Position numbers and translations under genes: made by a program. A stretch of DNA of 53,759 nt, filler included, from Squatina squatina (lineage: Eukaryota), in the NCBI GenBank assembly GCA_031763465.1. It is 3 parts of 3 records of this genome, joined end to end, with 100 filler letters (N's around TTAATTAATTAA, not from the genome) between each part and the next. Parts side by side here need not be neighbours in the genome. Positions count along the whole stretch, not along the records: positions 13,473 to 38,325 come from JARFOE010000016.1; 2 more parts are not named here. One strand, given 5' to 3'. Each line of letters starts with the position of its first letter. The first letter of the stretch is position 1. Below the pieces are notes generated by a model. That model ran no database searches, had not been told where the DNA came from, and saw only the letters and a program-made list of their open reading frames with translations. This document shows positions 21,194-32,330 of this stretch, in pieces.

Positions 21194-21295
21194 ACATAGA
21201 ATTACATAGAATATACAGCACAGTAACAGGCCATTCGGCCCGACTAGTCTGTGCTGGTGTTTATAATCCACACGAGTCTCCTCCCATTCCATTTG
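21194..21295 (-). mobile_element. CR1-type 3' tail fragment
   Basis: tacatagaattacatagaatatacagcacagtaacaggccattcggccc, a short tandem tail plus the conserved tail motif. Confidence 0.65.
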
Positions 21296-21759
21296 CCTCA
21301 GCTCAGCCTTTCAAGCATNNNNNNNNNNGCTTTACTGAGCACGAATTGCAAGTCACAGCTGCTTAAGGGGATTAGTGATTTGTTATTTGCGCTGACTGGT
21401 CCACCATGTGGGAAATAGTGAGTAAACCAGAAGTAAATTCTCCTGGATTTCTATTAACCATTGCTAAACCCTGGTGAGCAACAAGAGCTTGTATTTATAT
21501 AGTGCCTTTAGCGTAGTAAAACAATCCCACAGGAGCGTTGTCAAGTAAAGTTTAACATTGAGNNNNNNNNNNNNNNNNNNNNNNNNNNNNNNNNNNNNNN
21601 NNNNNNNNNNNNNNNNNNNNNNNNNNNNNNNNNNNNNNNNNNNNNNNNNNNNNNNNNNNNNNTATATACATCAGTAGCCCGATAGGTGGTTCTAAACAAT
21701 TTACAAATTGGATAAAACAAATACACAAACAAAAGTAATCTTAATCCTGACTGAAATTG

Positions 21760-21930
21760 CCACTTTAGTGCCGTTTTGTGGCAGTTAAGCTGTGGGTTTA
21801 AGGTCTCTCGGAACTTTTTTTTTAAGTTAGCCAAACTCATTTCACCCAGCACCTTTACCGCCAACAGATAGTCTGGGCTGAATTCAAACCAGGTCGCAGG
21901 GTGTAAGGTCAGTGTCTAGCCCATTGCAAC
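21760..21930 (-). mobile_element. LF-SINE-like element
   Basis: Minus strand reads gacctggtttgaattcagcccagact...tgaaatgagtttggc...cacaaaacggcactaa, the same motif order as 16130-16460. Confidence 0.5.
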
Positions 21931-23343
21931 ACACTATAAAAGAAAACACTATAAAAAGACAGGTACCTTTGGGATAATTTCAAAGCATTAATCTAATCTC
22001 AGGGTTGAAATGGCAGTGCTGAATCATTCAAGCTTCACTTCTGCATCTTATGGCATTGGTTAAATCTCTCAATGAGATTGCTACCTTCTGTTCACTTCTA
22101 CTTTTCCATTATTCTCTATTTAATTATACATGCACTTCCTGAGCTACATATAGTGTATGAATATTGATTCATCTCTTTCCAGATTACTAAATACTATATA
22201 TTTGTCTAGCCACAATGAATGCTGTCTAATATGCAAAATACGCTAAACTCAATATTGCATTACAAATTACATCTAAAAAAAAGTACTTAATGTAATCCAT
22301 CCTCATTTTTCTAATATTGAAAAAACAAGGTGAAGGGCTAAGGCCTATAGTGTGCCAAGGCTGAAAAGGGTAAAAGTGAAGGCCAGGTAAATCAGGAAGC
22401 AGAGGTTGCTGCCGATCCTGGATCTTAAGAGCCTGAGGAAGGAATGACTGAGGGAGAAAAGGAAACGGGGCAGTGGGGAGTGGGGGAGATGAATTCTACA
22501 GCGCTTCTCCTGCTTGTTTGGTGTAACTTTGGTGGCAAAGCCTCAGAAATCCTGGAAAAATGCCCTTTTTTCCCCCATATGCTTTAGTAGCTGACTATAA
22601 CACAAAGCCATAAGATAGATGTGCTTCCCTTGCACACTCATACATATACATGCATTTAAGTGCCTTCCTCACTGCTGCATGAAGGCTTTTAGATTCCATT
22701 CTCCGAGCACATCTATTCACTCAGAAAACACAGCTCTAACCCAAAGAATATGATGGATNNNNNNNNNNNNNNNNNNNNNNNNNNNNNNNNNNNNNNNNNN
22801 NNNNNNNNNNNNNNNNNNNNNNNNNNNNNNNNNNNNNNNNNNNNNNNNNNNNNNNNNNCGATCTCCATTTGCACCGTTATTCAAGATCTGTTGTCCTGAA
22901 ACATGCTGCTCCTTCCAATTTTTGACTCAGAAAATATGTGCGTCGGTTAATCCAGCTTGCTAGCTCAATCAACCCAAAAGCAACAAGCCTTCACTTTGAA
23001 GAAGGAATAAGAGTAGTGAATTATTTACTGCTTCCATGTAAATTTCCTTCTGGTTGGTCACAATGTACATCTGAAGGTGCTTGTAAACAAATTTGCTCAG
23101 CAAACTGCATGGAGTTTTGTTTAGCAGCCTAACAATCAGGCTTTGAAGGATTTGCAGATGCCATTACCAGTGTCCCAAGTGCTGCTAATTATGGGAATTC
23201 CATCGGCTTGTTTTTTGATGCAGTTCTGTCTCCTTACCCTCAGTGTTGGATTGTTCTTCTAGTGCAGCAGTTCATGTCACTACAAGTCAGCAAAAATATT
23301 TCAACAAAAAAGCTCAATTATTAGATCAGATCAGCAGAGCCAG

Positions 23344-23469
23344 TTATTTGCAGAGTGTTTCAAACATTTCCAGAGTTCTTTTCACCTCACGGATCTGTTT
23401 AGACAGCACAAGAATGGGCTGCATAGATCTGTCCAGCTCTTCACAGCGGGCCATTAGTGTATACATGCC
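23344..23469 (-). CDS. BORCS6: Last coding exon of BORC subunit 6 (lyspersin)
   Basis: tttcAG then GMYTLMARCEELDRSMQPILVLSKQIREVKRTLEMFETLCK*, matching the human C-terminus GMYTLLARCEELERALQPV...LEALCK. Confidence 0.92.
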   Translation of the reverse strand, partial: GMYTLMARCEELDRSMQPILVLSKQIREVKRTLEMFETLCK

Positions 23470-24038
23470 CTGAAACATAATTAAAATTGCATTAGGCGAA
23501 TGGTGATGAAAAATAGTGCAGCAGCCTTCAATAATACAGATTACCTCCATTATAAAAAAGTCCTACTTAGGCAAAGGACCACCAACTACTGCTCAATGGA
23601 ATGTAGAAACAACGCATGACCAGGAACTTTAAGACTTAGCCGGATTAAATGTGCTTTATAATGGATAGGTGTCACCAGTAGCAGACATCCAGTCTTCCAA
23701 TCACTGAAAATATTGTAGGCAGCTCTGCACTTATAATTATATCCTGAAACTGGTGTTTCAAAGATCCCAACAGTAACTGTCTGATGAATACAAAATGCAG
23801 GGCACTTTCCTCGCTAATATTGTCAGTAGGTACCGAATGCAATGCTGGTAAAGTGAAAAAGCAGAGGGCCTCACTCGGAGGTCACACGTCTTTTAGCACT
23901 TCATGCTGGACAGTCTAGCATTCAAAATAACAAGCTGGNNNNNNNNNNNNNNNNNNNNNNNNNNNNNNNNNNNNNNNNNNNNNNNNNNNNNNNNNNNNNN
24001 NNNNNNNNNNNNNNNNNNNNNNNNNNNNNNNNNNNNNN

Positions 24039-24280
24039 TGGGCTTTTACTTTTCTGACTAGTCTGCCATGTTGGACCTTGTCAAATGCTTTACTAAAATC
24101 CATGTAGACAACATCCACCGCACTACTCTCATCAATCCTCCTGGTCACTTCCTCAAAAGTATTTAATCAAATTTGTATGGCATGACCTTCCCTTAACAAA
24201 TCCATGCTGACTATCCCTAATTAAACCATGGCTTTCTAAGCGACAGTTTATCCTATCTCTCAGAATTGATTCTAATAAAT
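24039..24280 (-). mobile_element. CR1 LINE reverse transcriptase fragment
   Basis: AVDVVYMDFSKAFDKVQHGRLVRKVKA. Confidence 0.9.
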
Positions 24281-24317
24281 TAAAAATATATTTATTAAAA
24301 AGTTTATAAGGTAAAAA

Positions 24318-24598
24318 AAGACTTGCATTTATTTGGCACCTTTTACAATCTTAAGACGTTTCATGGGGCTATACAGCCAATTTTAAGTACTTTTTTTTTG
24401 GAAGTGCAGTCACTGTGGTCATGCAGGAAAACACAGCAGCTACTTTGCACACATCAAGCTCCCACAAACAGCAATGTGATGACCAGATGTTGGTTGTCAG
24501 AACTGGAGAGCAATCCTGGGGGAGGCGGGAGAGAACACGAGCCATGGGATCTTTTAGATCTCATCCGAGAGACGGTACTTCCGACAGTGCAGTTACTG
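24318..24598 (-). mobile_element. DeuSINE/SacSINE1-like SINE with L2-type tail
   Basis: gccatgggatctttta...tcatccgagagacggtacttccgacagtgcag (Deu-like domain), ctcccacaaacagcaatgtga body and aaagacttgcatttat tail. A second copy lies at 31778-31995. Confidence 0.75.
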
Positions 24599-24802
24599 GG
24601 CCGTCCTTGGCAAGCTCCTAATGTTGCTAAGCCAACTAGAACTGGCACACGGGCTCGCAAAGCCAATTCGTGCGAGCTGGTGGCCCCATGGGGCGCTAAC
24701 TTGCTGCTGCAGCGTGCAATTCCCTCGGGGTGTTGTGCAAAAAAAAAATTGGAGGCATGCAACGCTCGGCCGAGGGTGCAGAGGCCCGTCCCCGGTACTC
24801 AC

Positions 24803-25111
24803 AGTCCAGGTCCAGGTCCTGCCTCGAACTCATCTTGATCTTGTGCTGCAGATTGTTCGCCACGTAGTGGGTGAGGTCGCCGTCGTGGCTGACCGTGCCC
24901 TCCAGCTCCAGCGCACTGGAGATAGTCGCCCTCCGCCCTTCCAGCTTGCCGTCCCGGCCTCGGAGGCCGCCCAGCACCTCGCTGATGCCGTCCAGGCTTT
25001 TGCTGTCCTGCAGGCGGCCGCACACCCGCTCGCGGGCCGCCGGGTTGACCGCCGGTCGGCTGCAGCTGCTGTTGCTGCTGCTGCTGAGGCGGCACGGACC
25101 GGGCGGCGGCA
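24803..25111 (-). CDS. BORCS6: Upstream coding exon (partial) of BORCS6
   Basis: DSKSLD...EGRRATISSALELEGTVSHDGDLTHYVANNLQHKIKMS matches BORCS6 RRATISSPLELEGTVSRHGDLTHFVANNLQLKI. GTGAGT donor at 24802-24797; CpG-rich region. Confidence 0.9.
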
Positions 25112-26965
25112 NNNNNNNNNNNNNNNNNNNNNNNNNNNNNNNNNNNNNNNNNNNNNNNNNNNNNNNNNNNNNNNNNNNNNNNNNNNNNNNNNNNNNNNNN
25201 NNNNNNNNNNNATATATAGGGGTGGCATCATAAAGCAGGAGAATGAAGCTCAAGCAGTCTTTCAATGTCATCTGAATCCCAAGATGTATTACAACTTTCA
25301 AGCAGACTTCTAAATATTTGATGTTCCTTATGAGTGATATAAAATAAGAACATTGACTTTCCAAAGGAATTTAGAAGTAATAGATAGATAAGTTAAAGAT
25401 ATTCAGATTCATTCAGGCTACACTTTTAAGTGTAACTCCTGAATCACACTATTATTACACTAGGCACCCCAAATTGTAGCAATTATGGTACCACATGACA
25501 CAAATTGCAGTGATATGAAGTTTTGTTTCACTGCGCTGTGTGTGTTGTGTAGCACAGGCTAGAATACATTACAAGGTCGTCAGACATTAAAGGCTTCAGA
25601 TGACACCTAAAACCTCAAGCAGTTTATTGCCTTCTGAAGTTCTCATTATATTATGATCTTGAACATGCTATTCTTTATGATACATATAAACGGGATATTG
25701 GTGGGGGTAGCAGTACTTTGTTTCAAATCACTTGATTTTCCACCATCAGGTGTCCTGGTGGCCATCGATGGATAACTAACTCAGGAGGTTGAATCAGGTG
25801 ATTTGCACCAATCAGCTATTATACCATGTGATTTGAACTGCAGTCATATCATATTTTAATTCACTGCATGTTACAGGGGAATAGTAGACTCTATATATAT
25901 TACTGGAGAATAACGCATTCTATTTATTTTCGAGTGCAATAGGTTAAAAAGTTATTTCCAAAGGAAAGCAAATTGTTTTTAATCCAATAAATTACTACAA
26001 TCTATTGCTCTTACCAAACCACAGTGCTTATTTTCTGCTGGCTTCAGCACTAATGCGATATAATTTCAGGAGCAAGAACAGGAGTCTGCTTTTGTGTCAT
26101 ATAAGCTCTATTTCCCTACGCCTTAATCCCTCCTCATAATGGAGAAAATAATGTTGCAGATCCACAGAGTTCCAACCGAAGTCACAAAATTTAAACAATT
26201 TGAAACAAAAGGGTATGAAGTGTTGAGCTCGTTCCAGGATTGTGGCATGGTGTTACTCTGCAATATTGCTTGAACAAGCTGTGCTGCAGAGTAGAGCTGA
26301 AATGTCTGTACCTGTCGCTTTCCAAATGGCAAGTTCCTGACATCAGCTGTGCCATCTGTTGAAGTGCTATAGGCACATCTAAGCATATCTCCAGAGCGAG
26401 GGGTGGAAAATTTGTGAATGAATGACCCCAAAGTGCTGTCATCTCCCTCTCTGTGTGGTCTCATGTTTGCCAAAGCCCTGAGATTAAACAGTTGGTATCA
26501 AGTAAACCTGGTATGCAGCATTGGACTTGAATATTTAAAACATCAAGATGTCTGGCATATTGCAAGTTGTCCTGTGCAGGTCTTTCCAGCATGCTGAAGT
26601 CAAATATGTGATGAGGAAATTCTAAAACGTAGGATGACAGTTACTTGCCGCTGGGTATCTGAACGTGTAGTGAACTAGGTTCAGTGCCTACTTTGATTGG
26701 GTTGTAAAGAGGTAGGTAGTTGCNNNNNNNNNNNNNNNNNNNNNNNNNNNNNNNNNNNNNNNNNNNNNNNNNNNNNNNNNNNNNNNNNNNNNNNNNNNNN
26801 NNNNNNNNNNNNNNNNNNNNNNNGATAGCCATTTCAAGTCACAAGAAAAGCTCTTTATCCGAATAAAGAACAAGTTCAAAATAATTTTTTCTTCGCACTG
26901 AGCTGCATAGTTTATAGTCTGAATAATGGTGGTAATTAAACTGAGACCTGTCTTCCATTTTACAG

Positions 26966-27362
26966 CGCAAGACCATACCAGAGTGATCATCTCGGTCAAC
27001 CTGATGCAAAGATTGAGACCCTCCGACAGACTATTCCCAATAATGAAAGTGCAAGAAGAATGCAGAATCAAGGTCGCTCTACACAGAACTTGCAACAAGA
27101 ACGGAGGACGACTCTCCAAGTTGACACAAGTACAAAAAGAGCAGAAAGATCGCATTCTGCATCCCCAGATAGAGGCAGTGCTCCAACATCCCCTTATTCA
27201 GTACCACAGATAGCGCCACTGCCCAGTAGTACTCTATGTCCTATTTGTGCAACTACCGAGCTGAATTCTTCTCCAAAACAGCCAAACTTCAATACTTGTA
27301 CTCAGTGTCGATCAGTAGTGTGCAAGCAGTGTGGATTTAACCCTAATCCTCACATTACAGAG
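26966..27362 (+). CDS. BSN: Bassoon-family exon (first zinc finger, N-terminal half)
   Basis: tttacAG...GTGAGT exon reading [34 protein letters not shown]...[25 protein letters not shown]. Confidence 0.88.
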
Positions 27363-28239
27363 GTGAGTTTTTATTCTTACTCTGAGCCTGTGTGGCTTTT
27401 ACAAGCAGATTTAATGTGCCTCGTATACAATGTTGATCAGAATACCTTTCTTCACTAGGGTTATTTAGACCTCAGTCATCTCAAACCACTTTCAGGCACT
27501 AACAGTGCTGGATGCCCTGTTTTTCCCTAGATTTTTACAAAAGGATTCAAAGTGATCAAGTCACATGAAAACCCAACTCTGGCTTAGTTACATATTTAGA
27601 CTACCATGTTGTTCAGGCAGAGCATTTAACAGTATTTAAAATTGAACTTTGTAAATATTTGAGAAGGGAGAATGTAAAGGGATGCAGGAAAAAGCAAGAA
27701 AATGGGATGAAAGTAGATGGGTCAAGTTGAAGAGCTAGCTTAGGTGCAAAGGACTTCTGTGCTGTGATTCTGCACTATGCAAGAAAAATATTTGTCTTGC
27801 TTCTGGTAGGAAGTAATGATCTCATTTACTTACCAATGAAAACCCTTGGACCATTGTTGCAATAATTACTTCTGATTGAAAAGAACTGTCAAATGAGTAA
27901 TGTAGAATTAACTAGCAAGATGCTTTGCATCAGGCTTGCCGAAGAAAGACTTATTCATGAGGTCAGGTTAGATAAATTATATAAGTGAAATTCCTCTGGC
28001 AAGTGTGTATCAACACGTCTCCCTCAACAAACACTGCCAAAATAATATAACTGATCATTTGTTCCATTGCTGTCGATAGGATTTTGGTGCATATTTGGTG
28101 TCATGTTTGCCTACATAATGGTGACTGCACTTTAAAGTAACTCATGTGAAGTGCTTTGGTATGTAATTGGGCGCTATATAATTGTAAATTGTTTTCTTTG
28201 AATGGAATGGAAAGACTACCTGCTCAATGCCTCTTCCAG

Positions 28240-28453
28240 TGTCATCAGTTTCATGAAAGAAAAGGATGGTAATTGCAATCATGGAGGAGGAGCGTGAAAT
28301 ACTAGATGAAATTAACATTGCAAGAGGAAATATTAAGGGGTTTAACATCTTCTGAAGGTGGATAAATCCCCAGGCTGTTAAGAGGAAAAAATAGCGAAGG
28401 CTCTGACCATCATTTTCCAATCCTCTCTGGCTACAGGTGTGGTGCCAGAGGAC
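28240..28453 (+). mobile_element. CR1 LINE ORF2 fragment, decayed
   Basis: aaggtggataaatccccagg...atagcgaaggctctgaccatcattttccaatcctctctggctacaggtgtggtgccagaggac reads KVDKSP...IAKALTIIFQSSLATGVVPED. Confidence 0.8.
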
Positions 28454-28553
28454 NNNNNNNNNNNNNNNNNNNNNNNNNNNNNNNNNNNNNNNNNNNNNNN
28501 NNNNNNNNNNNNNNNNNNNNNNNNNNNNNNNNNNNNNNNNNNNNNNNNNNNNN

Positions 28554-28642
28554 TCAATAAACTCTGTTTCTCTCTCCATAGATGTTGCCTTACCTGCTGA
28601 GTATTTCTCGCATTTTCTGTTTTTATTTCAGATTTCCAGCAT
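28554..28642 (+). mobile_element. Arm of the Penelope-like palindromic repeat family
   Basis: tttctctctccatagatgttgcc...cctgctgagtatttc...tttatttcagatttccagcatctgcagtattttgctttt. Homologous to 2073-2128 and to the reverse complement of 10161-10211. Confidence 0.6.
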
Positions 28643-29183
28643 CTGCAGTATTTTGCTTTTGTAAGCCAGTTCCTAATGACCTCGTGAACCGTGGAGTGCT
28701 AATTTAAAGCCTTGGAAAACAGAAATGTTGCATTGCATGTTTGGATGAAAGGACATTGTCTTCATGTACATTTTTGGAAAACATTTTTGTTTGCAAATGC
28801 ATTTTGGTATCGATATATAATTGCATCACTTGTGGATAAAATCCTGACTGAAATCTTGCAAGGAACTTTTTCTGAAGACAAAAACTGGCTGAACAAATGT
28901 ATTTTTAATAAAGGCAATGCTCAATAGCTCAGTATAAGGTGATTGTTGTATCTAATTTGGAGAGTTAAGTGCCTGATGCTAACAGGTATGCCAAAAGTGA
29001 AGGAAATTTTCCATTTTGTAGCACTTGCATTCACACTTTGAGACCAAAAATTAAACAAACTGTTTAAGTGGAGTAATACATTTTTATGGTAACCAGTGAT
29101 ATATTATGATTTGAGGTTGCAAAAAATGTTTAGCAACTCAAATTTCAGATGGTGTAACAATACTTTTTCTTTTTCTTTTGTAG

Positions 29184-30051
29184 GTAGAAGAATGGTTGTG
29201 CTTAAACTGTCAGATGCAGAGAGCTCTGGGAATGGACATGACGACTGCACCACGCTCCAAAAGTCAGCAGCAGTTACACTCCCCATCACACCAGCCCCAA
29301 ACAGAATCACAAGCAAAACCGCAGCAACAGCCTCNNNNNNNNNNCCCAACAGGGCAGGACTACACCAGTAAAAAGGGAGCTTCCCAAAGTGCCATCTGGT
29401 GCACAAAATAAACCCGAGACCAAGATGCAACCCAATCAACTTGAACAACAGGGGCCAACAGCTAATCAGTCTCAACCACAGCCTTTTACTCAGCCGAAGC
29501 CTGTCGTCCAATCTGAGGCAACCAAGCCTCAGAGTCAGCACACTCGGCCTTCTCCTGCAGAACAAAGGCGGACAGCAGATGGTTCACCATCAAGAACACA
29601 AGCAGGGCCTTCCAGTATATCCCAAGAGCAGGAGGGCATTACTGGGAAACTCTTTGGGTTTGGAACTTCCCTTTTGAACCAGGCCACTAGCCTTATTTCC
29701 AGTCAGCCGGAACAGACATCACAAAGCCAGCAATCACCTGCTAAAGGGTCTGCAGCTAAACAGGCTCCAAAAATAGTTTTCAGTGATCAAAGCACAGAAT
29801 TGAGCTCAAAATTGCAGGGTTCGACAGCAGGAATGCAAGTTAAAACTGGGGGTGTCTCTGCAGTTAAACAAGGAAAACCGGAGCCAGTCATTCAACAGAA
29901 AGAAGCCATCAAACCCAAAGTATTGTGCCCTCTATGTAAAACGGAACTGAATGTGGGATCAAGTCAGTCTCCCAACTTTAACAACTGCACTGAATGCAGA
30001 GTCCAAGTGTGCAACATGTGTGGCTTCAATCCAACTCCACATCTGGTAGAG
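29184..30051 (+). CDS. BSN: Bassoon-family exon (end of zinc finger 1 to first half of zinc finger 2), contains a 10-N gap
   Basis: [34 protein letters not shown]...EGITGKLFGFGTSLL...PKIVFSD...LCPLCKTELNVGS...CNMCGFNPTPHLVE, with AG/GT boundaries. Confidence 0.88.
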
Positions 30052-31777
30052 GTAGGACAGCTTCAAAGAGTTATAAATGCCATAACCTACTGATCTATGT
30101 TGTTATAAATCTCAATTGACTAGGAATGGAATGATGACAGGTAGAAGTGTGTCCCCAGATAGTTTTGGCCTTAAAACCTTCTGGATTGCTGCCAATTTAA
30201 GGAGTTAGAGATGATTTGATGAAGGTAGACTGCTGTGATTTCACATGCCCTGGTGATGAAGACTACTAACGTTGAGATGGAGATAGATTTTAGATGTTTC
30301 TAAAGCTGAGCAAAAATATGTGAGCATGTGGGGGAAAGGGTAAGGTAAAATAACTGGTGACCAAAAAATGATACATTTATGTTTTTGATGTATGATGTGG
30401 ATGTTTGGTAATCTGGCCACTTCTAAGTGATCTTGGCATCCAATATATTTATTGGCCAGATGATCTGGATGTTGGTCGGACAACTACAGAGCTTTGGGCT
30501 GAGAGATTATATAAATGCTCTTCAAAAGCTGTAGATGTATGATATTAAACCACAGTGTCTCTTTATTAAAAAATATGCATGGACGTTTGTGAAAAGAGTA
30601 AAGGTTGTTTGGCTACCTGTATATGCATTGTATATATTTTGTCCATATCCCTAAAAATGCTCTGTGGTTGAAGGTTGAGTGTCTGTTCAAGGCTGACGGA
30701 GCATGCCCTGCACAAGATTTCAGTAAACAGTAAAGCGCGATTGATATCATTGACTTACTGATTTGGAGCAGCATATTGGTCCATAAGGTCATTACAGAAT
30801 TGCCACAAGATGTAGTGTGTGCACTCGAACCTTCATTTCCACATTCAAACATTGCACTTAAATCCCTTGTACAATGTCTTTTTTTTAAATAAGGCAGCCC
30901 TTCCACTTTCACCTCTCTTGACAGCTCTTAACAAATGCACATTAATACAGAGAAGCACACATGTTTACAGGAGCTGTCTGTTAAGTGAATTCTCTATTAA
31001 AGTCCACAAATCAATAAGGTACAAATTCTATAAGTACCTTCTCACTAAAGAAGTAAGATAGAATAGTGGTAGAAGATGGACAATTTATCCTGGCCAATTG
31101 TGGTCTTGACTTTCAATCAAGCTGTCTAAGTTCAGTTGTCCAGAACAATTGCCCGTTTAAAATGTATAGCTTTTGGGACAATATCCATTGATATACTTAA
31201 AGAAAACATAATATTTAGTGTGATCGCTTGTCATATCTGTGCATACCATCCTAGTTTTGATGTGACTATCTGTTAAAGTAGCATATGTTTTTGGAGGATT
31301 GTATACAGAGATGTTTGTGTGAATCACCTATTGAAATGAAGTCTATAAAGTGATAATGGAACCAAAATTGGTTTATTTGTTCTTGATATAATGATTCCTG
31401 AGAAATTGTATGATTGTGATTTTTGATTAAACCAGCTATAATAATGTAATATCTGGTGTGTTTGCTTATTTCTTACATAAAAGGCAAGGGTAACCAGGTT
31501 GGCACATCTGTGGTGCTGTGATGCAGTGCTTGTACAGGTTAGGGACAACGCACCTCAATTGAAAGTGCTTCTGCATGTGCCAGAAGAATTAATTGTTGAA
31601 AACGAAATAGTTTGTACAGTATCCTGACCTCAACTTCAGTACCTAAAACTATAGGTTACTATTGACATGCAGTGTCTTGGTGATGCTGGTGTTCTTCATT
31701 TGTGAGGTAGTAGGGCACTCGGCCATAGCATCTTGAGTGAGTTACCTATCTAAACGAGAGTGTTGGAAGGAAGAAAA

Positions 31778-31995
31778 AATGAAAGACTTGCATTTATAAA
31801 GCGCCCTTTTATGACCTCAGGACATCCCAAAGTGCTTTATGGCCAATGAAATATTTTTGTAGTGTAGTCACTGTTATATGGGAAATGCATCAGCCAATTT
31901 GCACAGTGCAAGATCCCACAAACAGTAATGTGATAAAGACCAGATAATCTTTTTTTTCCAGTGATGTTGGTTGAGGAATAAATATTGGCCAGGAC
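31778..31995 (-). mobile_element. 3' half of DeuSINE/SacSINE1-like SINE
   Basis: aaagacttgcatttataaagcgcc...gtgtagtcactgtt...gatcccacaaacagtaatgtga, homologous to 24318-24500. Confidence 0.75.
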
Positions 31996-32109
31996 ATCAA
32001 ACATGAGTCATCAGACTGAAGATGAATATGATACTTGATGTGAATAAGCAATGATATTTTGCATTTCCTTGTGCTACATTAATGCTCAGCAGGATTTTTT
32101 GAAAAAATC

Positions 32110-32330
32110 ACGAGTCTGTGTTGAATTAGCTGATCTTAGTTGGGATTACAATTGGCCTCTGCTCCTTTAATTGAGAGAGGAGAAAATCAGCAATGATTCC
32201 TGATGGCTATCTATGCTTCCATGCTGGAAGTGCACATGTACAGCTGTTGGGTGAGGACAAGATTGGCTGTGCTGCACTGTTGGGTGAAATAGCTGAATCC
32301 ACTTGCTGTCAAAGCTCAAGTCTTCAGGAG
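32110..32330 (+). mobile_element. Old SINE (AmnSINE2-like)
   Basis: gtctgtgttgaattagctgatcttagttggg...gctggaagtgcacatgt...gtgaggacaagattgg. Confidence 0.55.

Noticed and set aside
24799-25095. Poly-Q ORF (MPPQQQQQQQ...) and other overlapping GC-rich ORFs
   Set aside because: These are alternative frames or the antisense of the BORCS6 exon. The (CAG)n tract reads as Ser-rich in the true frame.
29335-29344. Apparent frameshift in the Bassoon exon, and likewise at 18234-18243 in fascin
   Set aside because: The frame change occurs exactly at 10-N placeholder gaps, so it is not evidence of pseudogenisation.
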